Counted from the first letter of the stretch, positions 10,470 through 21,495 are shown. The stretch is 64,000 nucleotides of DNA from Methanotrichaceae archaeon (GCA_963748825.1 CAVVKN010000009.1:247471-311470); one strand, 5' to 3'. A program made the numbers and translations. Notes: a model not told the origin generated them from the sequence alone.

Positions 10470-11782
10470 CCGATACGAAATTTGGCCCGGAAATAATGAG
10501 CCAGGAAGATGCGAAAGCCCTCATCCTTTATGCCCAGCAGCTCCAAGCCCGCATATATATTGTGCCCTTCGCGAACGGACGCGGACAGATGCTTTCCCAG
10601 AGAGAGGTTTGCACTCTCCTCTGCCAGAAGATCACGAGCAGAAGTATACTGGCGCGTCTCCTCCACTACGACTTTGCCGTTGGCGATGTAGGGTCCGGAG
10701 AGGGGCACCGGGTGGGCTGCCAGGAAGCGAGAGAGGTGATCGGCCTGCCAGACGGGTGGACCTATGCGCGGGCAGGCTTTAGAGAGCTGCCAGACCTGCA
10801 TCTCAAAGAGCATCACGGCTCTGTCGCGATAGGTCGAAACGTCGCTACGCAGCATTGAAAAGCCGTTTCTTTCTAATAGCGCCTTAACAGAGCCTTCCGC
10901 TTTGCGAAGCTGAGGATAGAGAACATCTTCCACCACATCGGGCGCGGCAAACTCAAGGAGGATGGGCATTGTCCCCCGCGCATTTATCAGAGCAATTAGC
11001 TCCTCATCGGATAAGGGGTCCTGCAATGGGGGGAAGAAGAAATCGAGCTTCGGCTCAGCCAGAAAAGAACGCGCGACAGAGGCAAACTGGAGCATCTTGT
11101 CCAAAGTTAACGCGCCGGCCACATTTCTTCCTGGATCAACCGGATCGACCACAATCAAGGGCTCGTCGTGCCTGCCTATGCCGTGCCCTTCCAGGTCCAG
11201 GCGCTGGCCGGGGCGCCAGGCGGATGCTGCCCGGAGTACGGCGGCAAAGGAACCGTAGCATAGCACGAGCAGCTCTGCCAGGTAGCCGGAAAAGCCACCC
11301 GTCTTCAGCTCCGAGCCGTAGACATTTACGCCCTTCATAAACTGCTTTAGGAGAAGGACCTCGTCTTCCCTACCAACGATTCTGCTGCTCACGTATTTTG
11401 TATGAAAAGGGGTACGATCCACTGCCGACAACAGACGGGCGGCATCCTCCACCAGATAGCAGGGGACCAGGTCTACCTCAAAGCCGTCCATCCGGGCGTG
11501 GACGTAGGCGTGCTCCGCATATTTCTCCTCATGATCCGGGGCGACGAGCCTGGCGATCTCCAGGGCAGCTCCCAGATCGCCCCCAGGAGGCACCCCTAAA
11601 AAGATGTCCAGATCATGATCTCCTGCCAGCCAGGTGCTTCTGGCCGCAGAGCCGACCAGCATGGCCTTGAGATAGAGGCCTCGCTCTCTTGCCAGATCCT
11701 CTATGCGGGCGATAATGGAGGCTGAGGTCACCATCATTCGCTTCCTGTCGGATAGACCGGGCTTAACCCGTCCGAGAACCAC
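10466..11782 (-). CDS. cca: Archaeal CCA-adding enzyme (class I tRNA nucleotidyltransferase)
   Basis: VGS.AR.TWL.GD.DLDIF, YAEHAY, DRTPFHT, GFSGYLAELL and DPVDP.RNVA motifs. Start uncertain; GTG at 11782 chosen to avoid overlap with thpR. Confidence 0.93.
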   Translation of the reverse strand: MVLGRVKPGLSDRKRMMVTSASIIARIEDLARERGLYLKAMLVGSAARSTWLAGDHDLDIFLGVPPGGDLGAALEIARLVAPDHEEKYAEHAYVHARMDGFEVDLVPCYLVEDAARLLSAVDRTPFHTKYVSSRIVGREDEVLLLKQFMKGVNVYGSELKTGGFSGYLAELLVLCYGSFAAVLRAASAWRPGQRLDLEGHGIGRHDEPLIVVDPVDPGRNVAGALTLDKMLQFASVARSFLAEPKLDFFFPPLQDPLSDEELIALINARGTMPILLEFAAPDVVEDVLYPQLRKAEGSVKALLERNGFSMLRSDVSTYRDRAVMLFEMQVWQLSKACPRIGPPVWQADHLSRFLAAHPVPLSGPYIANGKVVVEETRQYTSARDLLAEESANLSLGKHLSASVREGHNIYAGLELLGIKDEGFRIFLAHYFRAKFRIG

Positions 11783-11792
11783 TTCTCGGATT

Positions 11793-12338
11793 TCAGAGAG
11801 GGAATCCTGCCAGGTCTTCGTAGATAGGCCCTCCGCTAGTGAGAGTGCTCTTTTTAAGATAAAATCGGTCCACGGTGAAGCTGCCCAGGTCCGAGGAAGT
11901 GAAGTTTGCGATTCTTGCGCCAAGCTGGCGATTCATCTCTGCACCGGGGCGGGCCACCCGGCCCAGGGTGACATGAGGGGAGAAGCCTCGCGCCTCGGGC
12001 GCAAAGCCAAGAGGGCTCAAAGCTTGCTCTACCTTCTCGTAAAGCTCCTGGAAATTTCCTTCCAGACCCATCCACACCACGCGCACGGCCCGCCCGGGAA
12101 AGGCGCCCATGCCCAAAACCCGGACCGGAAAAGGCGCGGCCTTAACCCTTCCCAGCGCCTCAGCCACCTGGCCCACATTTTCCTCCGGCACATCTCCCAG
12201 GAACTTTATGGTGACATGCACCAATTCCGGCTTGACGAGCCGCAGGCCATTCGTCGCGATGCTGTTTTGCAGACGTCCAATCTCCTCGCGCATGTGGCTA
12301 GGAAGCTCTACGGCCACAAAGCACCTTATCCCCGTCAT
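11793..12338 (-). CDS. thpR: RNA 2',3'-cyclic phosphodiesterase (2H family)
   Basis: Two HxT motifs ([15 protein letters not shown]), R.FVAV N-terminus and S.LT..GPIY; typical neighbour of cca in archaea. Confidence 0.93.
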   Translation of the reverse strand: MTGIRCFVAVELPSHMREEIGRLQNSIATNGLRLVKPELVHVTIKFLGDVPEENVGQVAEALGRVKAAPFPVRVLGMGAFPGRAVRVVWMGLEGNFQELYEKVEQALSPLGFAPEARGFSPHVTLGRVARPGAEMNRQLGARIANFTSSDLGSFTVDRFYLKKSTLTSGGPIYEDLAGFPL

Positions 12339-13981
12339 CGCAGGACACTGCCTTTGCTGGCGGAAGTAACCGAGTTTCTATAGCGGGCCAAAATGCCGCT
12401 CTTTATCTTGGGCTCGGGAGGGACCCATGCCTTCTTTCTTATTTCCATTTTCACGGGATCGACGAGCAGATCGATCCTTCGGGCTGGGATGTCTATCGAG
12501 ATCATGTCGCCGTTCTTTACAAGGGCAATGGGCCCACCCACCGCGGCCTCGGGAGAGACGTGCCCGATGCATGGGCCTCGGGTTCCGCCGCTAAAGCGCC
12601 CGTCGGTGATTAGAGCCACAGACTCGGAGAGGCCCGCCCCCGCGATGGCGGATGTGGGTGCCAAGGTCTCCCTCATGCCCGGCCCGCCTTTTGGTCCTTC
12701 GTATCTTATTATCACTACATCGCCGGCCTTTACGCCGCCTTCAATGATGCCTGCCATGGACTCCTCCTCGGAGTCGTAGACTACAGCCGGGCCGGTATGT
12801 TTGAGCATGGATGCGGATACCGCCGTCTGCTTGACCACCGCGCCTTCCGGCGCCAGGTTGCCAAACATTATGGCAATGCCGCCTTGAACGTGCACAGGTG
12901 CCTCTAGTGTGGCTATGACGGCCGCATTGGTCAGGGGATTGACGGGCCTAAAGGCATCCAGGTTCTCGCCCAGTTTTTTGCCCGTGACGGTGAGGGCGTC
13001 TAAAGAGAGCCGTGAGGCAAGCCGGCTCATGATCGCGGGAATTCCGCCGGCTCGATCCAGGTCGAGAATATGATGAGGCCCGCCCGGTCGCAGGTTGACC
13101 AGATGAGGTGTCTCGCGACTTAATTGGTCGAAGCGATCCAAATTCAGATCCAGGCCGAACTCTGCCGCTATGGCCATTATGTGCAAAACGGTATTGGTAG
13201 ATCCACCAATGGCCATGTCCACGCGAATGGCATTGTCCAGCGATTCTCGCGTCACTATCTGCCGGGCAGTAATTCCCCGCTCTACCAGTTCCATGATCTT
13301 CATGCCCGAAAGCTTCCCCTGGCGCATCTTTCGCGCGTCCACTGCATGGGTTGTGGCGCAGCCGGGCAGGCTCAAACCTAGGGCTTCAGTGAGGCAGGCC
13401 ATGGTATTGGCAGTAAAAAGTCCGGCACACGATCCGGCTCCGGGGCATGCCATCTCCTCCAGGACGGCCAGCGTCTCGCCTCCCGCCTGCCAGCCCTCGA
13501 AGACGTTGATCAGATCCAGCTCTTTGTCGCAGGCAAAGCCGGGCATCATGGGCCCGCCCGTGACCACGATGGTGGGCAGGTCCAGTCTTCCTGCCGCCAT
13601 GATATGACCGGGGACGATCTTGTCGCAGGAGGGGATCATAACCAATCCGTCCAGCTGATGGGCCTCCGCCATGATCTCGATGGAGTCTTCGATCAGTTCG
13701 CGACTGGGCAGCGAGTATCTCATTCCTTTATGACCCATGGCTATGCCGTCGCACACGCCAATGGTCTGAAATTCAAAGGGCACGCCTCCCGCGGAGAGGA
13801 TGCCTGCTTTTACAGCCTCCCCCAGCTTATCGAGATGGATATGCCCCGGGATAAAATCATTAAAAGAGTTGACAACTCCAATGAAGGGACGACGGATCTC
13901 TTCATCGCATAGGCCGGTGGCCTTTAAGAGAGCCCTATGAGGCGCTCTTTCTCTGCCTGCTTTGGTGACATCGCTCCTCAT
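12335..13981 (-). CDS. ilvD: Dihydroxy-acid dehydratase
   Basis: [34 protein letters not shown] and GHVSPEA motifs. Confidence 0.97.
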   Translation of the reverse strand: MRSDVTKAGRERAPHRALLKATGLCDEEIRRPFIGVVNSFNDFIPGHIHLDKLGEAVKAGILSAGGVPFEFQTIGVCDGIAMGHKGMRYSLPSRELIEDSIEIMAEAHQLDGLVMIPSCDKIVPGHIMAAGRLDLPTIVVTGGPMMPGFACDKELDLINVFEGWQAGGETLAVLEEMACPGAGSCAGLFTANTMACLTEALGLSLPGCATTHAVDARKMRQGKLSGMKIMELVERGITARQIVTRESLDNAIRVDMAIGGSTNTVLHIMAIAAEFGLDLNLDRFDQLSRETPHLVNLRPGGPHHILDLDRAGGIPAIMSRLASRLSLDALTVTGKKLGENLDAFRPVNPLTNAAVIATLEAPVHVQGGIAIMFGNLAPEGAVVKQTAVSASMLKHTGPAVVYDSEEESMAGIIEGGVKAGDVVIIRYEGPKGGPGMRETLAPTSAIAGAGLSESVALITDGRFSGGTRGPCIGHVSPEAAVGGPIALVKNGDMISIDIPARRIDLLVDPVKMEIRKKAWVPPEPKIKSGILARYRNSVTSASKGSVLR

Positions 13982-14099
13982 TTAAAAAACCTCATTTCCT
14001 GGCTTTTGCCACTTTTCCGTTTTACTTGTAGGATTGCGAAGGACGAATTTCACTGACCGCGGGTCAGCGAGATTTTCGACGAGAAGTCGAAACATCGGT

Positions 14100-15286
14100 A
14101 AGTCCCCATCCTTCGGGGTGGGGATGAAAGCGGAGTCCTTTGCCCTTGAATTACTTTCGCTCTGCGTGCATTTGATATAAATATCATCCCTTCATGCAAG
14201 CGTTCGTTGATAATTAGCTATAAGTATCCTATCTTCCCAGATAAAATTTCTCAGTGGAAGTTAGCGGAGAATTTGGATGCTTGCAGATGGCTCTATAATC
14301 AGCTTCTCCAAGACCTGAGTGTTTTGAAAGAGAAGGGCATCAAGCTCAAAACGTATGACACTCAGAACATGATTCCTTCTCTGAAGCTCATAAATCCGAA
14401 GTTGAATTTGGTCTACTCCAAAGTTCTTCAGATGGTGAATTATACTCTTTGGTCTAACATCAAAGGACTCTCGGCATCAAAGAAGAATGGTAGAAAGATC
14501 GGACATATCCGCTTCAAGGGATATGGTTGGTACAACACCCTGAATTACAACCAATCTGGTTTCAAGGTCGATCAAGATCACGGCCTATTGCATCTATCCA
14601 AGATCGGAGATATGCGGATCAAGATCTATCGAAAGATCGAAGGTTGCATCAAAGCCGTCATAATTAAGAGAGAAGGTAAGAGATGGTTCGCCATAGTCCA
14701 GACAGATCAAGAACCCCAAACGTTACCGAAAACTGGTGAAGCAATAGGTCTGGATGTTGGTCTGACTTCCTTCGTGGTCGACTCCGAGGGCAATGAGATA
14801 GAGAATCCAAGATGGGGAGACCACGCGGCGGATAGACTGGCAAAGCTGCAAAGAAAACTTGCCAGAGCCGCGAAGGGATATCATTTGTGTTGAAGATCTT
14901 GATGTCAAAGGCCTGAAAGAGAAAGGCCATAATAGTGGTATGCATCGCAGCATTCATGATGCATCCTGGTCTAAGTTCATATTCATGCTTTCGTACAAGG
15001 CTCAAAGTGCTGGTCGAAAGCTGATAAAAGTAGATCCTAGGAACACCACTCAACGGTGTTCCGCTTGTGGATGCATTGTGAAGAAAGACTTGTCTGTTCG
15101 AGTGCATGAGTGCCATTATTGCCGATTCTCATGCAATCGAGACTACAATGCTTCCAGGAACATACTTATCTTAGGGATGGAACAGCCCGCAGCGCCCATA
15201 GAGTCAAAACCACTACACCACATATCTATGATGCAAGTTTTGGCAATGAAGTGGGAAGCCATGCCCAACAGGGCGCGGTAGTTCAC
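14100..15286 (+). mobile_element. Non-autonomous IS200/IS605-family element (tnpB only, IS1341-like)
   Basis: Left subterminal hairpin TCCCCATCC-TTCG-GGGTGGGGA (about 14103-14124); right end GAAGCCATGCCC-AACA-GGGCGCGGTAGTTCAC ending in TCAC; encloses tnpB. Left boundary approximate. Confidence 0.8.
14207..15281 (+). pseudogene. tnpB: TnpB RNA-guided endonuclease, broken by an internal deletion and frameshift
   Basis: HTH N-terminus and GLDVG (RuvC-I) lie in ORF 14207..14893. VEDL (RuvC-II), the CSACG/CHYC zinc ribbon and RDYNA (RuvC-III) lie in ORF 14859..15281. Confidence 0.9.
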
Positions 15287-15371
15287 GTAGTTGCTGATAT
15301 CTCTTCTCAAAAACCGATATGTGCTACATCTTAAATACCACAAGATACTAGCCGCCAGAGGTGGACAATCC

Positions 15372-17273
15372 TTGGATGCTTATTCGTTATTCCTGATATT
15401 TCTCGCCATCTACATTGCGGTCTTGCTGGGCATCGGTCTATATTTTTCCAGTCGACAAAAGTCTGTAACCGACTTCTGGCTGGCGGGAAGGGAGCTTGGG
15501 CCGATCACCATCGGATTTTCCGCGGCATCCGCGTGGATCACGGCGAGTGCACTGCTCTTGGCCACGGGGCTATTTCTGCTCATAGGCGTAGGCTCGATTT
15601 GGATATGGGTCTTCCCCAACATCGCCGGGCTGATAATAATTGCCGCGATCTCGGGAAGGATCAAGAACATTCCTGCCTTAACCCAGCCCGAGCTCATGGA
15701 GATAAGATACGATCCCATGATCAGAGCCCCGGTTGCCCTGGCCGTCACCATTATGATGATACTCTTCTCGGTGACGGATTTCATCGGATTCAAGCTGGTG
15801 CTGGGCACATTTTTTGGCATCGATCCCTTCTATGCCGTGGCCCTCATGGCCGTCTCCGTAGCTCTTTATGTCACCGTGGGCGGCTTTCGTGCCGTTGTCT
15901 GGACGGATATCTTGCAGTATATTCTTCTGGCAGGCCTGGCTATTTACGTGGCCACATTGGCCCTTGATCTTTCTGCCGGCGAGGGTGTCACTCTACTGGC
16001 CGCAGCGTCCGCTCTGGGCACAGACTGGTGGGATCCGCTCCTCTTGGGCGGCCTGATGGGGGCCCTGGTCTTTTTAGTCGCCCTCTTGCCCGGCTGGGTG
16101 GCGGAACAGGACCCCTGGCAGAAGATCTGGGCGGCGCGCGATGAGCGTTCCGCGAGGCGCGGCCTAATGCTGGGCAGCGCCCTGCTGGCCCTGATCTACC
16201 TCTGCTGCTTTCTCACGGCCATTGGCATTTCCGTGCTCTATCCAAGGCCGACAGGAGAGGTAGAGGCGGAGATGCTCTACCTCAAGCTCATCAGCGATAA
16301 CGTTCCAGGATGGCTCCTGGCCCTTCTCACCATCGGCTTTGCCGCGGCATCCATGTCCTGCACCGACACCTTTGCCACATCGGCAGCTTCCTGCATCTCT
16401 CGCGACCTGATCCAGCGGCACCTGCGGCCTGCCGCCACCATGAAGGAGATGCTGGTTATCAACAGGATATTGGTTATAATCATGATAGGCATCGCGGCGG
16501 CAATCGCGCTGAATGCGAACAGCATCGTCGATGCAGTGATCATAGCCACGGTGATAGGCACCACATCCTACTTCTTCCCCATCATCGGTGGACTGTACTG
16601 GAAGCGCGCCACCAGGTGGGGAGCCATGGCGGCGCTCATAGCAGGGGGCGGAACGCAGATCCTTCTCATCTCCTACGAACAATTCTGGCTGAAACAGCCG
16701 CTGGACAGCATCTCGCCCTATCTAACCGAGCATGGTGTGCTGGTCGGCCTGGCACTTTCCGCCCTATTTTTTGTCGGCGTCTCATTGGCTACAAGGCCGC
16801 AGCCGGACATTCGCTTAGCAGTCTTCTTTGCCGATATCGCAGAGAAGGTCTTCAGCCGCGATCTTCCCCGAGTCGACAGAAAGAGCGCTCTCTATCGCGA
16901 GATCGCTTCACTCATAGAAGAGAAGATCGCGGGGGAGCGATCTCACCTCAACTTAGCCATCAGACATGGCGCTGCCCGCGATGGTGGGCGAGAGGATGGA
17001 CAAGAGGAGCTGCCATGGGAGCGTTTTGTGGTGGTGCTCACGGAGATGTATCCCCTCTGGTTTACACCAACAGGAAGCCACATCGTCTACCGCCTCTCCC
17101 AGGCGGATATGCTGGGCTGCGTCAAGATAGTGCGCGGCGATAAGAGCCATATCTGGCTATCAGCCGAGCCGAGGCTCGAGCAGACACAGAGGCTGAAAGA
17201 TGAACTCTTTTTGGCGTATGAGGAGATAGAAGAGGCGCTGGCAGGTCTTGGCATGAAGGGATGGCTCAGATGA
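15372..17273 (+). CDS. Sodium:solute symporter (SSS) family protein with C-terminal soluble extension
   Basis: DFWLAGR motif, about 13 hydrophobic helices, AASMS..D and GLYWKRAT..GA. TTG start at 15372 after an AGAGGTGG RBS. Confidence 0.88.
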   Translation: MDAYSLFLIFLAIYIAVLLGIGLYFSSRQKSVTDFWLAGRELGPITIGFSAASAWITASALLLATGLFLLIGVGSIWIWVFPNIAGLIIIAAISGRIKNIPALTQPELMEIRYDPMIRAPVALAVTIMMILFSVTDFIGFKLVLGTFFGIDPFYAVALMAVSVALYVTVGGFRAVVWTDILQYILLAGLAIYVATLALDLSAGEGVTLLAAASALGTDWWDPLLLGGLMGALVFLVALLPGWVAEQDPWQKIWAARDERSARRGLMLGSALLALIYLCCFLTAIGISVLYPRPTGEVEAEMLYLKLISDNVPGWLLALLTIGFAAASMSCTDTFATSAASCISRDLIQRHLRPAATMKEMLVINRILVIIMIGIAAAIALNANSIVDAVIIATVIGTTSYFFPIIGGLYWKRATRWGAMAALIAGGGTQILLISYEQFWLKQPLDSISPYLTEHGVLVGLALSALFFVGVSLATRPQPDIRLAVFFADIAEKVFSRDLPRVDRKSALYREIASLIEEKIAGERSHLNLAIRHGAARDGGREDGQEELPWERFVVVLTEMYPLWFTPTGSHIVYRLSQADMLGCVKIVRGDKSHIWLSAEPRLEQTQRLKDELFLAYEEIEEALAGLGMKGWLR

Positions 17274-18439
17274 ATGAAGATATAGAAGATATTATGGTGG
17301 CCGTGGTAGGTGCTGGGCCAGCGGGCAGTTCTGCCGCAGAGGCTATCGCCGCTCAGGGCGTGGAGGTGTTGCTAATTGACAAGAAGAGCGAGATTGGCAG
17401 CCCCGTGCAATGCGGCGGATTTCTCCCGGAAGCTGTCGAGCTGGAGAAGCTCATGCCCCGCGCTCACCTGCCAGAGGCGCTAAGGGAGATTCCAGAGCGC
17501 ATTATTTTGCATCGCACCAAATTGCAGCGCATCTATTCACCCTCAGGGAATCACAAGCAATTTGCTGTAGCCGGCCGGGTCTTGGACAGGCGGGCATACG
17601 ATCGCTACCTCGCCGCCCTGGCGGCAGGCGCCGGAGCGAGAGTTCTTCCCGCGACCTGCGCCCGCCTTGAGGAAGGCAAAGTGCTACTTTCCGGCCACTT
17701 CAACGGGAAAATCAGGCCGCAGATAATAATAGGCGCAGACGGCCCGCACTCGATAGTATCCCGGGCCATGGGAAATCCGATACAAGAGACTGGCATCTGC
17801 CTGGAATATGAGATGGCAGATGTGAATATAGATCCAGAGGCCGCTGAGATGTACTTCTCGGCTCACTATGCGCCGGGAGGCTACGCCTGGATAATCCCCC
17901 TCGGTCAGGATATGGCCAATGTGGGCGTGGGAGTGCGGGCATCTTACCTGGCCGGCCAAAAGCTTCCCCTTATACTGGACCGGTTCATTCGCGAGCACAA
18001 AATTGCGGCAGAAAAGCTCGCGGGCGGAGAGGTTCTGGCTGTCATGAGGGGGTTGGTGCCCGCAGGCGGGACCGTTGGTGCTATCCAAAAAGACAACATG
18101 CTTTTGGCGGGAGACGCAGCCGGGCACGTCATGGCCACCAGCGGGGGAGGCATACCATTGGCCGTGGTGGCGGGAAGGATTGTGGGAGAGGTGGCAATAG
18201 GACAGTTGCAGGGCAAAATGCCTCTCACCAACTATCCGTCGCGCATTCGCGAAGAGTTCGGAATTGAGCTTTCTCGATCGGTTCAGATCAGGAAGATGGT
18301 GGATATGGCCATGAAGAGCGACCGGCTCATGAATGCCCTCTTTGCCGCACTCAGCCCAGCACAGATGAAATCAGTAATGCGCGCTCAGATTCCGGTACCG
18401 CTCGCATCTCGCGCCTGGGTTCGGGAAGGACTAGACTAG
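17261..18439 (+). CDS. Geranylgeranyl reductase family FAD-dependent oxidoreductase
   Basis: VVGAGPAGS, PVQCG, IGADG, PGGYAWIIP and GDAAG...GGGI motifs. Confidence 0.9.
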   Translation: MAQMNEDIEDIMVAVVGAGPAGSSAAEAIAAQGVEVLLIDKKSEIGSPVQCGGFLPEAVELEKLMPRAHLPEALREIPERIILHRTKLQRIYSPSGNHKQFAVAGRVLDRRAYDRYLAALAAGAGARVLPATCARLEEGKVLLSGHFNGKIRPQIIIGADGPHSIVSRAMGNPIQETGICLEYEMADVNIDPEAAEMYFSAHYAPGGYAWIIPLGQDMANVGVGVRASYLAGQKLPLILDRFIREHKIAAEKLAGGEVLAVMRGLVPAGGTVGAIQKDNMLLAGDAAGHVMATSGGGIPLAVVAGRIVGEVAIGQLQGKMPLTNYPSRIREEFGIELSRSVQIRKMVDMAMKSDRLMNALFAALSPAQMKSVMRAQIPVPLASRAWVREGLD

Positions 18440-18514
18440 CATAAAAAATTATTCGCGATAATAAAAGAGATTATAGCGGGAGGATGGACCGGCCACCCTA
18501 CCGAATGCTACTAA

Positions 18515-18913
18515 TTATGCTTTCTCTTCTTTGGGTGTCTTGCCAAGCAGCTCTTCTATGGACTTGGCGCCTGCCTCCACGACTTTGACATTTATCTGGC
18601 CAATATCGGGAGAAATATCCCTTCCATGAATGCTCATTCTCTTCTTCTTTCCATCGGCTACGGGATGATATCCGGTTCCCTTGGAGAGCAGGATTTTTCT
18701 GCGCTTTGTGCCGGGTAGATCTGCCCGCATGGGAAATCCCTCGCGGTCGCTGCCGCCCGTTACCTGTACCGAGTAGCCGGGCATGCCCAGTGCATCTCCT
18801 TCAATCTTGTCGCCGATATGTTTTCCCAGAAGCTTGCCGGCTCCTGGATCCTTAAGCTCTACCTGATAGGCCTTACCGCTCTTCGGATCTGAGACTACGA
18901 CTCTAAAATCCAT
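18515..18913 (-). CDS. rps6e: 30S ribosomal protein S6e
   Basis: F.VVVSDP..GK, TGGSD..GFPMR.D and QINVK motifs. Confidence 0.96.
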   Translation of the reverse strand: MDFRVVVSDPKSGKAYQVELKDPGAGKLLGKHIGDKIEGDALGMPGYSVQVTGGSDREGFPMRADLPGTKRRKILLSKGTGYHPVADGKKKRMSIHGRDISPDIGQINVKVVEAGAKSIEELLGKTPKEEKA

Positions 18914-18998
18914 CTTTCTTCCTCATCAAATGTAAACGTGACTACTGTGTCTTGAGATCTATGCTCTATAAAACCTTATCTTGCCATAGGTGGCTCAA

Positions 18999-19991
18999 TC
19001 ATTTCAGCTCATGGGTTTTAGAGTAGTCCACCAGAATGGATATGGGCGCCGTCTTGATCTTTATCCCCAGCTCCTCGGCGGCCACCACCCCATTGACTCC
19101 TGCATAAAAGGCTATGCCGATCTTGCCCGCGCCCACGGGGCAGCCCAGTACGGGCTCGGACGGCTCACCGATTTTTATGAGCCCACCGAGGCCCGCGTTT
19201 CGAGTCTCATCTAAAAGAGCGCGCACAAGCGTTGCCGCCGCGTCGGGCACCTCTCTCACATTGGCCAGCACTGTTCCCGAACCTTTGAAGACGGCATCGG
19301 CAACACTTGTCACCCTGCGGCCCATAAAAACCTTAATGGGATCAAGTGACGAGCCGGCATAGGCAATGAGGTCCGTGAAGTCAAAGGTCTGCCTTTCCCT
19401 GACTTCTGCCAGCCCCGCGAAGCTGGTGAGAACAGGAATTCCTCTTTTCATGAGCATGCCGTCCAGAGTGATGCTGCACAGCGTTGCTATGCCCAAAGCT
19501 CCTTTTGGAATCTCGATAGTTGAGAAGCTCTCTCCCTCATCCAGGATGAGCACGCGACGGCTTATGGTGTAGCCTGCGTCGAAAGCGTGCCCAAGTATCT
19601 CGAAGACCTCTTCCGCATTTGCTTTGTCGATGATGCTGGTATTGGCGATTACATCTCCTTGACCGGACTTAGGATCGAAACTGGTCTTGAACATATATTC
19701 TTCAATCCTGGTATTGACAAAGCCTATCCGGTCGTCGACAAGGGCGTCGCCCAGCTCCCTTGACCCCAGAGGTGTGAGCACCCGGCCGCTGTAGCCTTTC
19801 TTCTTGGTGAATCCCAGCTCGTCCAGGATCTTGAGGTTGTAGCGCACAGCCCTCTCTCCCAGGTCATAGCCGCGACTACTAAGGCAATCAGAGATCGCTC
19901 TGGCCCCCACCGGGGTGCCTGTGTTTTCGATAACGCGCAGGATCTCAATTAGCCTTCTCTGGCTCACATGCGCCTTGGTGAGAAGCTTCAT
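18999..19991 (-). CDS. nrpR: NrpR-family (NrpRI-like) transcription regulator, wHTH + one DUF128 domain
   Basis: IEILR...PVGA..I...L..RGY.LGERAVRY.L..LDE.G HTH, then TLCSITLDG..M..GIP, F.DLIAY.GSSLDP and ANVRE.P. Start at MKLLTK. Confidence 0.85.
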   Translation of the reverse strand: MKLLTKAHVSQRRLIEILRVIENTGTPVGARAISDCLSSRGYDLGERAVRYNLKILDELGFTKKKGYSGRVLTPLGSRELGDALVDDRIGFVNTRIEEYMFKTSFDPKSGQGDVIANTSIIDKANAEEVFEILGHAFDAGYTISRRVLILDEGESFSTIEIPKGALGIATLCSITLDGMLMKRGIPVLTSFAGLAEVRERQTFDFTDLIAYAGSSLDPIKVFMGRRVTSVADAVFKGSGTVLANVREVPDAAATLVRALLDETRNAGLGGLIKIGEPSEPVLGCPVGAGKIGIAFYAGVNGVVAAEELGIKIKTAPISILVDYSKTHELK

Positions 19992-20075
19992 CTTCCTTGC
20001 TCCTCCGGGAAAGGCCATATATATCTTATGCGGATAACACTTGCCCGGCTTAAAACCCGGAAAAGATAAAATCAT

Positions 20076-20148
20076 AGTCCCGTGGGGTAGCGGTCAATCC
20101 TGAGGGCCTTTGGAGCCCGCGACGGCGGTTCGAATCCGCCCGGGACTA
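20076..20148 (+). tRNA. tRNA-Gln (TTG)
   Basis: Acceptor AGTCCCG/CGGGACT, anticodon loop CT-TTG-GA, T-loop GGTTCGAATCC; CCA not encoded. Confidence 0.95.
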
Positions 20149-20245
20149 CTTCCAACCTTAAAACCATTGGAAACGTAGATATATTCGCTCATATCTATGA
20201 GGTGAAGGCCGGTCCATGTTTTGGCCTGGCATCAAGACGGCAATT

Positions 20246-20320
20246 GCTCCGGTAGTGTAGCCCGGCCAATCATTTCGGCCTTTCAAGCCGAAGACTCGGG
20301 TTCAAATCCCGGCCGGAGCA
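20246..20320 (+). tRNA. tRNA-Glu (TTC)
   Basis: Acceptor GCTCCGG/CCGGAGC, anticodon arm TCGGC-CTTTCAA-GCCGA, T-loop GGTTCAAATCC. Confidence 0.95.
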
Positions 20321-20502
20321 TTTTATTATCAACTAATTTTTGCCGAATACCTGGATTTTGAGTAATAGCATCTGCCATCCGTCTCGTGTGAAGAAAAGAG
20401 GATTTCCGCGCGAAGACTGCCCCCGACGAGTTATGCATCTTTTCAGCATCCAATAATTAAATGGGTCCATAGGTATTGATTGTATCCAAAACTCCCGACA
20501 TA

Positions 20503-20739
20503 TTTATATTCCATAAGCCGGAAGATTGGGATTGTGCCTGAGCAAAATACTCAAATATGAGCGAAGAAGCATGTGAGTCAGGTACCCCACACGACAAAGC
20601 ACCAATATGGCGGCTTTTGCGGGTTTATACCCAGGCAAGGGCTGGCTAATCTTTGTCGGCGTGGTGCCAGGGATTTAGGCCACGACTGATGGCTTGGATC
20701 CTGAAGCGTTGATGTTTAACCTAAGGAGGTGGGAAAGAA
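20503..20739 (+). promoter_or_regulatory. TATA box plus structured three-stem 5' leader of array copy 1
   Basis: TTTATAT at 20503. Stems GTGCCTGA(20534)/TCAGGTAC(20578), CCACACGACAAAG(20587)/CTTTGTCGGCGTGG(20651) and GGATTTAGGCCA(20671)/TGGCTTGGATCC(20690). RBS AGGAGGT. Confidence 0.7.
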
Positions 20740-21468
20740 ATGAGAAAATTAATAGCTGTTTTGGTTATTATCGCCATGGCCGTAGTAGGCATGGCCGGTG
20801 CCGCAAATTACATGTACGAAAAGGCATCGATCAAGGGCGTAGGATACAAGAACGTAGAGATGATCATTTCCACCCAGTATGGCTTTATGGGCCAGAAGCT
20901 GGTAGAGAAAGAGTCCGGTTCCGGTAACGTCATCACCGAGAGGACTGAGCTTGAGGCTGAGAGACAGCTCGATAGGCTCGGCAACTCACTTGGTGTCTGC
21001 CCGTGGCCAACCGGAAGTGTCCCCATGGACTACATCAACTTCACCAAGGAAGCTGAGTTCGAGTACATGCCCGTCTCTTACCAGACCGGCACCTACGACC
21101 AGAAGTGGGTAGAGAAGTTGTGCGTGCAGAACTACAGAATCGGCGCTGTGCTGACTGAGATGTACACCCATGCTGAGCACCTGCAGAAGACCACCGAGGT
21201 CAAGACCCGCGGATACGGCAATACTCTAGTTACTGCCTGCTGCACCGGTGTTCTCGAGGCTAACCTGAACAGCAACGTCATCGGCGTTGCCCACATCGGC
21301 TGGATCTCCAGGGACCCCATGGCTGAAAACAACCTCAAGGGCCGCCATGCTGAGTACGGCAGATCTGTCGAGGACCTGACTGGCGTCTTCTCCATCGAGA
21401 AGTTCATCCAGCTCTGGGGCAACTCCACATGCGGCGCAATCAGCGTTGACTGGCTGCCCTGCGTGTAA
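20740..21468 (+). CDS. Secreted Cys-containing structural protein, copy 1 (probable major sheath protein, MspA-like)
   Basis: Signal peptide, strong RBS, high-expression codon usage, beta-strand-like alternating pattern, 6 Cys, C-terminal WLPCV. The sheath assignment is an inference. Confidence 0.75.
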   Translation: MRKLIAVLVIIAMAVVGMAGAANYMYEKASIKGVGYKNVEMIISTQYGFMGQKLVEKESGSGNVITERTELEAERQLDRLGNSLGVCPWPTGSVPMDYINFTKEAEFEYMPVSYQTGTYDQKWVEKLCVQNYRIGAVLTEMYTHAEHLQKTTEVKTRGYGNTLVTACCTGVLEANLNSNVIGVAHIGWISRDPMAENNLKGRHAEYGRSVEDLTGVFSIEKFIQLWGNSTCGAISVDWLPCV

Positions 21469-21495
21469 ATAGAAATCTGTAACAATCGAATCTGG

